From: Bacteroidales bacterium
GTDB lineage: Bacteria > Bacteroidota > Bacteroidia > Bacteroidales > UBA7960
DNA: 64,000 nucleotides
NCBI GenBank assembly: GCA_012521995.1
Contig: JAAYLH010000009.1
Location: 38,411-102,410 of the forward strand
Direction: 5' to 3'
In this document: piece after piece, positions 58,513-64,000 of the stretch
Layout of the letters: each line of letters begins with the position of its first letter
How positions within the stretch are numbered: the stretch's first letter is position 1
Position numbers and translations under genes: made by a program
Notes under the pieces: model-generated
Seen by the model: only the letters and a program-made list of their open reading frames with translations
Told to the model about the DNA's origin: nothing
Databases searched by the model: none

Positions 58513-59649
58513 ATGAAGCGTACGCTGATATATTTTGATAATGCGGCTACTACGCCGGTCTTTCCTGAAGTGGCCGAGTTAATGTTTCAACTGGTATCGG
58601 GCAATTATGGCAATCCCTCCAGTATACATGAAATTGGGCGCAGGGCAAAGGTTGAATTGGAGGCTGCCCGCAGACAAATTGCACGGTTGCTGCATGTGCA
58701 GCCAGGAGAAATTTATTTTACATCAGGTGGTACAGAGGCAAACAACGCCCTTCTCTGGGGCTGCTGCAAAAGCCTGAAGCGAAAGCGGTTTATCACCACC
58801 AAGCTTGAGCATCCCTCGGTGATACAAACCCTTGAATCATTAAGGGAGTTTATGGGATGTTCGATAGAATTTGTACTTGTGAACGAACAGGGAGCTCCCG
58901 ACCTTGATCATCTTGAAAGCTTGCTTTTTGATGGAGCTCCTGCAGTGGTTTCGCTTATGCATGCCAACAATGAAATTGGCAACCTTTTGCCTGTAGAAAA
59001 GGTTGGTGAATTGTGTAAAAAGTATGGAGCTTTATTTCATAGCGATACGGTACAGACTATTGGCAAAATGGCCATAGATATTGATCGTTCACCCTTCGAT
59101 TTTGCCGTGGTCAGCGCACATAAATTTCACGGGCCCAAAGGTGCAGGGGCCATGTTTGTCAGGTCTGGTAAGGGTATAGGCCCATTTGTCAGTGGTGGGT
59201 CACAAGAGCGTAACATGAGGGCTGGCACCGAAAACCTTGCAGGAATCGTGGGTATGGCTAAAGCTCTTGAATTAAGTTATGTGGATATGGATATTACCGA
59301 GGGAAGAATTAAAAAGATCAGGGACTTCCTTTTAGAGGCTTTGCCAGCAGAGATCCCTGGCCTTCGCTTCAACGGGAACCCTATGGGGCAAGCCATTTAT
59401 ACCATCCTGAACGTTTCTTTGCCAGCGGGAATGGACGCTGATATGTTGCTCCCCCGCCTTGACCTCGCGGGAGTCTGTGTCTCTACAGGCAGCGCTTGTT
59501 CTTCAGGAAGCAATAAACCCTCGCATGTATTATCTGCCCTTGGGATTGATCAGAAGACACCCAACCTGCGGCTGTCTTTCAGCAGGAATAATACACTGGA
59601 AGAAGCCGAGCGACTTGTTGAGGTGCTCAAGGAAATGTATAAAAAATAA
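58513..59649 (+). CDS. Group I cysteine desulfurase (IscS/NifS family)
   Basis: YFDNAATTP, TSGGTEANN, SAHKFHGPKG and STGSACSSG motifs. Confidence 0.93.
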   Translation: MKRTLIYFDNAATTPVFPEVAELMFQLVSGNYGNPSSIHEIGRRAKVELEAARRQIARLLHVQPGEIYFTSGGTEANNALLWGCCKSLKRKRFITTKLEHPSVIQTLESLREFMGCSIEFVLVNEQGAPDLDHLESLLFDGAPAVVSLMHANNEIGNLLPVEKVGELCKKYGALFHSDTVQTIGKMAIDIDRSPFDFAVVSAHKFHGPKGAGAMFVRSGKGIGPFVSGGSQERNMRAGTENLAGIVGMAKALELSYVDMDITEGRIKKIRDFLLEALPAEIPGLRFNGNPMGQAIYTILNVSLPAGMDADMLLPRLDLAGVCVSTGSACSSGSNKPSHVLSALGIDQKTPNLRLSFSRNNTLEEAERLVEVLKEMYKK

Positions 59650-59673
59650 GGAGGCACTGCCCCCTTATTTTTT
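59641..59673. terminator. Bidirectional terminator
   Basis: aaaaaataagg.ggca..tgcc.ccttatttttt between convergent genes. Confidence 0.75.
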
Positions 59674-61309
59674 AGTTTCCTTCAGCAAGGCTAACCTTGC
59701 TGACTTCCCAAGTTGCACCTGCAGAAGCGGAACTGATGTATTTAAGTGCGATGCGGACGGTTTGCCCATCGTAGGCAGACAGGTCAATGTTCCCGCTGTC
59801 CTGGAATGTCCAGGTGTTTCCCGGAGGCCTGCTGAAGCCGCTCAGTTCGGTCCATGTGCCACTTTGAGTGGGGTCGCCGCCTGTATAATCGCTGGAAACA
59901 AACACCTTCAAATCATCATAACTGGTGATGTAGTTGATGGCTTCTCTAATTTGAAGCTGAACGTTGTTTTTTCCTGAGAGGTCAATAGCGGGCGATACCA
60001 GCCAGTCCTCATTGACATGGTTGGTGTTGTTGGCAAAGCCGCTCATCACGGCACAACCCCCGTCGTAAGTTTCATGGCCCCATTCCTGGGCGCCGGAGAT
60101 GTTGAATGGGGTAAAAGTACCTAATCCTGAAGAAAAGCTTTCTTCAAAGAAACTAACCACGGGTACTATACCTTCCCCATCCAGCCAGTATCCCGATAGG
60201 GTTTTAATACCAGCCTGGCTAAAATAGCTTTCCAGGTTCCCCAGTACCTTCACCAGTTTTCCTTTATTATCGGGGTTGGCGTTGAGGTTGAGGGCTTCCC
60301 GGATGGGGCCTATGGGCAACTGGACGATCAGGCAGTTGTTGAGGTTGGTTTCATCGGGGCTGTCGGAAAGGATCAGGTTGGAGTTGGTCCGCCAGGGGCC
60401 ATCAAAGTTTGGTGCAAAAGGGTCCTCGTCGGTTTCCATAACTCCAATGATATAGCCTTCCACCCATTTGTTCACCCCTGAATTAAAGGTGATGCCGTAG
60501 GCCACGTTATAGGGGTCGTCAAAAGTCCCGGAACCCTGCGGATTTCCGCCTGTTTGGCAACGCTCCCCTTCCATGACCACCTCTTCGACCTCACGGATCA
60601 GCAATTGCCAGGTAGTGCCAAATACTGACACGATGGCTGTCAGGCTGCCATTGCCCTGGGCTACCTGGGTCCCTGCAAAAGTGGCAAAACCACTGGTGCG
60701 AACAATAATCTTGTTTCCATCGCAATCTTCAAGGTCCCGATTTTCGGTTATTTGATCAAGGGCATTGGCATAGGTTTTGTTTAACTCACCAGGAGCAAAC
60801 TGCACGTTTTCAAGTTTTATCAATTGCCCCTGCAAGCCCCCAGTAATGATCTCGGGGATTGTAACCAACTTCGGCTCAACCACAAGGCCACGGTCCTGGG
60901 TGATTAGGTTTTTGCCATAATCCACCGAATCCACCTGAAGCATATTGTTGTATGAACTAAGGATTGTTCCTTTAAGCGAAAGCCTAACCGAATCACCTAC
61001 TGCAAGGTTTACCCCTGTGTCCAGCCTGATGTTGATGGCACCAGTGTGATCCTGGATATAATGGCTTCGGTAAAAATTCCCCGAGTGCTCATCGGTAGTG
61101 ATGACGCCAAAGACATTGTAATCCTCTTGAAAACTAACAGGCACCCCAGTAAAAAGGGATCGTAGTTCCTGAATGGTGAGGATCTTATTCTGGTCGATTT
61201 CATTCAATGGGGGTTGATCAAAATCATCTTTCTGGCATCCAGCAAAGGCAAGGATTACAAGTATCAAAAGTGCTGAGAAACGGAAAATATTCAAATGGAA
61301 TTTCATCAT
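59672..61309 (-). CDS. DUF5689-like surface lipoprotein with additional C-terminal beta domains
   Basis: Lipobox FAGC|QKDD; YIQD.TGAI, LIKLENVQF, VRTSGFATFA, WVEGYIIG and EDWLVSP.IDL motifs. Confidence 0.75.
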   Translation of the reverse strand: MMKFHLNIFRFSALLILVILAFAGCQKDDFDQPPLNEIDQNKILTIQELRSLFTGVPVSFQEDYNVFGVITTDEHSGNFYRSHYIQDHTGAINIRLDTGVNLAVGDSVRLSLKGTILSSYNNMLQVDSVDYGKNLITQDRGLVVEPKLVTIPEIITGGLQGQLIKLENVQFAPGELNKTYANALDQITENRDLEDCDGNKIIVRTSGFATFAGTQVAQGNGSLTAIVSVFGTTWQLLIREVEEVVMEGERCQTGGNPQGSGTFDDPYNVAYGITFNSGVNKWVEGYIIGVMETDEDPFAPNFDGPWRTNSNLILSDSPDETNLNNCLIVQLPIGPIREALNLNANPDNKGKLVKVLGNLESYFSQAGIKTLSGYWLDGEGIVPVVSFFEESFSSGLGTFTPFNISGAQEWGHETYDGGCAVMSGFANNTNHVNEDWLVSPAIDLSGKNNVQLQIREAINYITSYDDLKVFVSSDYTGGDPTQSGTWTELSGFSRPPGNTWTFQDSGNIDLSAYDGQTVRIALKYISSASAGATWEVSKVSLAEGN

Positions 61310-61317
61310 TTTGTTTT

Positions 61318-62688
61318 TTACTTGCTTGAAATATCATTCAGGTTCCTGATAAGAAACTGGGGCGAATTGTATTCAGAAACGATACCTGTAAGGGTTACAG
61401 TTCCTGAAGGCACGGGTGTGCCAGCAAAGCTTGCCCAGCTGTAGGTGTAAAGGAGCATCTGGCCTGTGCCATCCGAAATGTTCAGGTTACCCGTAAAGGT
61501 GGTGCCTCCTGTTATGGTAACATTGGGAATGGTTACCAGGGTTGATTCATACATTTCCAGCATGGAGTTGATGTTTCCAATGGTGGTCTGAACAGGCTGC
61601 GGCATAGTCCCGGGGCCCAGGTCATAGGCATTGCCCAGTGGGATGTTTTCGATTTGAAGCAGTCCGTTGAATTCATTCATGGCCATATTGGAAACAATAA
61701 CCCTGATTTTGGCGCCCATTGGGAATTCATGGAAATCAGAGAACCTCAGGGCAATCCCGGCACCTGACTCATCCTGCAGGAAAAGATTTTGACCCGGGTG
61801 GTTGTCGTTTTCAAAGTCAGAAATCACCACTCCTTCAATTCGGGTATTGGGCGGGATGTTGCTAACCCCTTCACTGTAATTCTGACGAAGGTTTGCAAGG
61901 CTGATCAGGTTGAGGTCTTCGCCCGGGATGGGGCATCGATCGCCGTTGAGCTCCACTTCATTGAGCCTGCGGATGTAAAGCTGAATATCGGAACCAAAGG
62001 TGGCTGCTATGGCAACCAGAGGGCCGCTCCCTTCGGGAATGGGCTTGTCGGCAAAACCTGCGTATCCGCTTGTGCGCACAATGATTCTGTTGCCTGAGCA
62101 GTCCTCCAGTATGCGGTTCTCCGTTACAAGGTTTTCCTTGTCGGCAAAAGTCTTGCCCAGTTCGGCCAGGGCAAACTGGACCTCCTCAAGTCTTACCAGC
62201 CTTGACTGGTAGTTGCCTGAAAGGACATCCGTAATGCTGAGTGTGGTTGGGGGAAAGTCCTTTTGGGTGGCCAGTTTGATGATGTTGTGGTCAACGTTCA
62301 CATTGTCAAGCTGAAGCATGCGCTGATAAGAACTGAGGATGGTCCCCTTCAGGAAAATTCTGACGGAGTCTCCTTCGTAGATTCCGCCTGGTGCCTGTAA
62401 ACGAAGGTTTAGAGCTCCTGTCTCATCTTCCACATATGCACTGCGGTAAATGTTGCCCGACTTATCGTCCATAGTGACGGTTGCATATACTGAAAAATCC
62501 TGGTCGAATTCGATGGCCTCGCCCTGGAACATGCTCCGTAGCTCAGCTATCGTAAGGACTGTGCCCACGGGGACATTGACCTGGTCAGGGTCATCGAAAT
62601 CATTCTTGACGCAGGAACTGAAAGCCAGTGTCCCTGCAATCAGGATGAGTACTGAGAATATTTTTCTGGATGTTATCATGAGTCTCAT
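61318..62688 (-). CDS. DUF5689-like surface lipoprotein with two internal repeats
   Basis: Lipobox FSSC|VKND; duplicated QDE.GA / YES.LV pattern; paralogous to the neighbouring gene. Confidence 0.75.
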   Translation of the reverse strand: MRLMITSRKIFSVLILIAGTLAFSSCVKNDFDDPDQVNVPVGTVLTIAELRSMFQGEAIEFDQDFSVYATVTMDDKSGNIYRSAYVEDETGALNLRLQAPGGIYEGDSVRIFLKGTILSSYQRMLQLDNVNVDHNIIKLATQKDFPPTTLSITDVLSGNYQSRLVRLEEVQFALAELGKTFADKENLVTENRILEDCSGNRIIVRTSGYAGFADKPIPEGSGPLVAIAATFGSDIQLYIRRLNEVELNGDRCPIPGEDLNLISLANLRQNYSEGVSNIPPNTRIEGVVISDFENDNHPGQNLFLQDESGAGIALRFSDFHEFPMGAKIRVIVSNMAMNEFNGLLQIENIPLGNAYDLGPGTMPQPVQTTIGNINSMLEMYESTLVTIPNVTITGGTTFTGNLNISDGTGQMLLYTYSWASFAGTPVPSGTVTLTGIVSEYNSPQFLIRNLNDISSK

Positions 62689-62703
62689 TATTTTTTCTGA
62701 AAA

Positions 62704-64000
62704 TCAGATGCGGTAAGCAATGTTAAGGAAATAGGTGCGGCCATAAAGGTAGAAATACTTGGAGGCGAACTTGCCGGGATCCTGTGAGTCATACCTTAGC
62801 TGTTCAAAGCCCCCGATCCTGAAGTCGGTAACATCGAGCAAATTGCTTACACTCAGGTTGATGGTAATATAATGTCTTTTCTTGGTTCGGTATGAGTAAC
62901 CTGCAAAAACGTCAAGGGTGTAATTGTTGTCCATTTTTTCCTGATCAAGGATCTGATTCCATTGGGGATCAGTATTTACCAGGTTGGCAACAGCATCTGA
63001 AGTGCGGCGGTCGGGGTTGATGTCAATATATATGTCATCAAAATAATTCATGTTCACCCCAATAAACCAAAACCTTGGGTCATTGTAACGAAATCCGACG
63101 GAGCCTGCAGTATGAGTCATTCCACCGATTTTATAGTTTTGCAGGTACACCTGTCGCTGATCAGCAAGCACTTCCTTGTCGTTGTCGCGGGCAATGGTAA
63201 CATTTGGACGTGAGTTGTAGATGTAGTCGCCTGTTCCCGCCACTACATATCCTGAAAGGGTGCTGGTGATGTTGACGTCCATCCCAAATTCAAGGCCCAT
63301 ATGGCGCGTATCAACCCCTGTCATAATGTAGTTGACAAACGAACGGAATTCCTCGTGGTAAAAGCTTCTTGACCAGGTCTGGTCACGGAATTCAGTATAG
63401 AATGCAGTCAGCCTTGTTTTTACTTTTGGGGTACGAATGAGGTAGTTGATGTCGCCCGAGAAAATGGTCTCATTGGTTAACCCATCAATAATGTCGTCTC
63501 TAACCCTGGAAGAAATATAGGCGTCGCGGAAAAAGGGAGCGCGGGTGAAGAACATTCCGTTAGCTGTCACGTAGTGACGGCCTGTGATTTTATAGGTTGT
63601 ACCCCCTTTAAGGCCAAAATTGGTGAAGTTATGTTTTTCACCATCCCCGTATGAGTTTTCGGGGAAGCGGCCGTTTTGCATATGCCCTGTACGCCAGAAA
63701 GTGGTTTGGGATACTGAGGCTGCCACATAAAAGTCCCAACGGGGTAATACCCAGTCGCTTTGTGCAAAAGCCTGGTATTCGTTGATGTTTCCCGTGAAAT
63801 CATAACCAAACACATCACCCTCCTGAACCACTCTGTTGGGGTTCATCAGGTCGTTTTGCGACATATTGGGGTCGTCAAAATCTCTTTCTGCAAACTGGTC
63901 AATGTCGTACCAGAACTCACCTCCCAGCAGGTCGTCAATAACTTTGAACTGGTGGGTCTTGGCAAGCGAAACGTTCACTCCCCCGCTTAGGTGATGCGTT
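62704..64000 (-). CDS. TonB-dependent-receptor-like outer-membrane protein, C-terminal part (5' end outside the window)
   Basis: Beta-barrel pattern; DDLLGG, TGG/IGGFEQLR-type motif and C-terminal YGRTYFLNIAYRI. Frame stays open to the window end. Confidence 0.82.
   Translation of the reverse strand, partial: THHLSGGVNVSLAKTHQFKVIDDLLGGEFWYDIDQFAERDFDDPNMSQNDLMNPNRVVQEGDVFGYDFTGNINEYQAFAQSDWVLPRWDFYVAASVSQTTFWRTGHMQNGRFPENSYGDGEKHNFTNFGLKGGTTYKITGRHYVTANGMFFTRAPFFRDAYISSRVRDDIIDGLTNETIFSGDINYLIRTPKVKTRLTAFYTEFRDQTWSRSFYHEEFRSFVNYIMTGVDTRHMGLEFGMDVNITSTLSGYVVAGTGDYIYNSRPNVTIARDNDKEVLADQRQVYLQNYKIGGMTHTAGSVGFRYNDPRFWFIGVNMNYFDDIYIDINPDRRTSDAVANLVNTDPQWNQILDQEKMDNNYTLDVFAGYSYRTKKRHYITINLSVSNLLDVTDFRIGGFEQLRYDSQDPGKFASKYFYLYGRTYFLNIAYRI

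Overview
64 kb of bacterial chromosome. The gene content, TAnnTTTG promoter elements and acidic lipoprotein export signals point to Bacteroidota, probably an environmental Bacteroidales-like lineage (inference). It holds about 56 CDS. Housekeeping genes include ptrB (partial), cysQ, a SNF2 helicase, gyrB, tgt, lptF/G, hutU, pyrC and a cysteine desulfurase, plus the RNase P RNA gene rnpB. There is a wzx/wzz/O-antigen-ligase trio, redox genes (2 Cys-type glutathione peroxidases, 2 thioredoxins, an OhrR-like MarR), an accessory block at about 43.9-53.1 kb, and the end of a TonB-receptor/DUF5689-like lipoprotein locus with no SusD in view. I found no transposase, integrase, tRNA, rRNA or CRISPR-Cas. 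The most unusual signal is non-coding: three intergenic elements (5657-5761, 16149-16220, 43408-43512) share the layout (11-bp unit)n - 6-bp spacer - (inverted 11-bp unit)m. Two of them also share identical 10-mers at the start and just downstream. The best gene-level candidates are a bCerS/YghO-like N-acyltransferase cluster with an acyltransferase, an amidase and an aminotransferase, and the putative nucleic-acid-uptake locus. All family calls come from motif recognition only; no database search was run.
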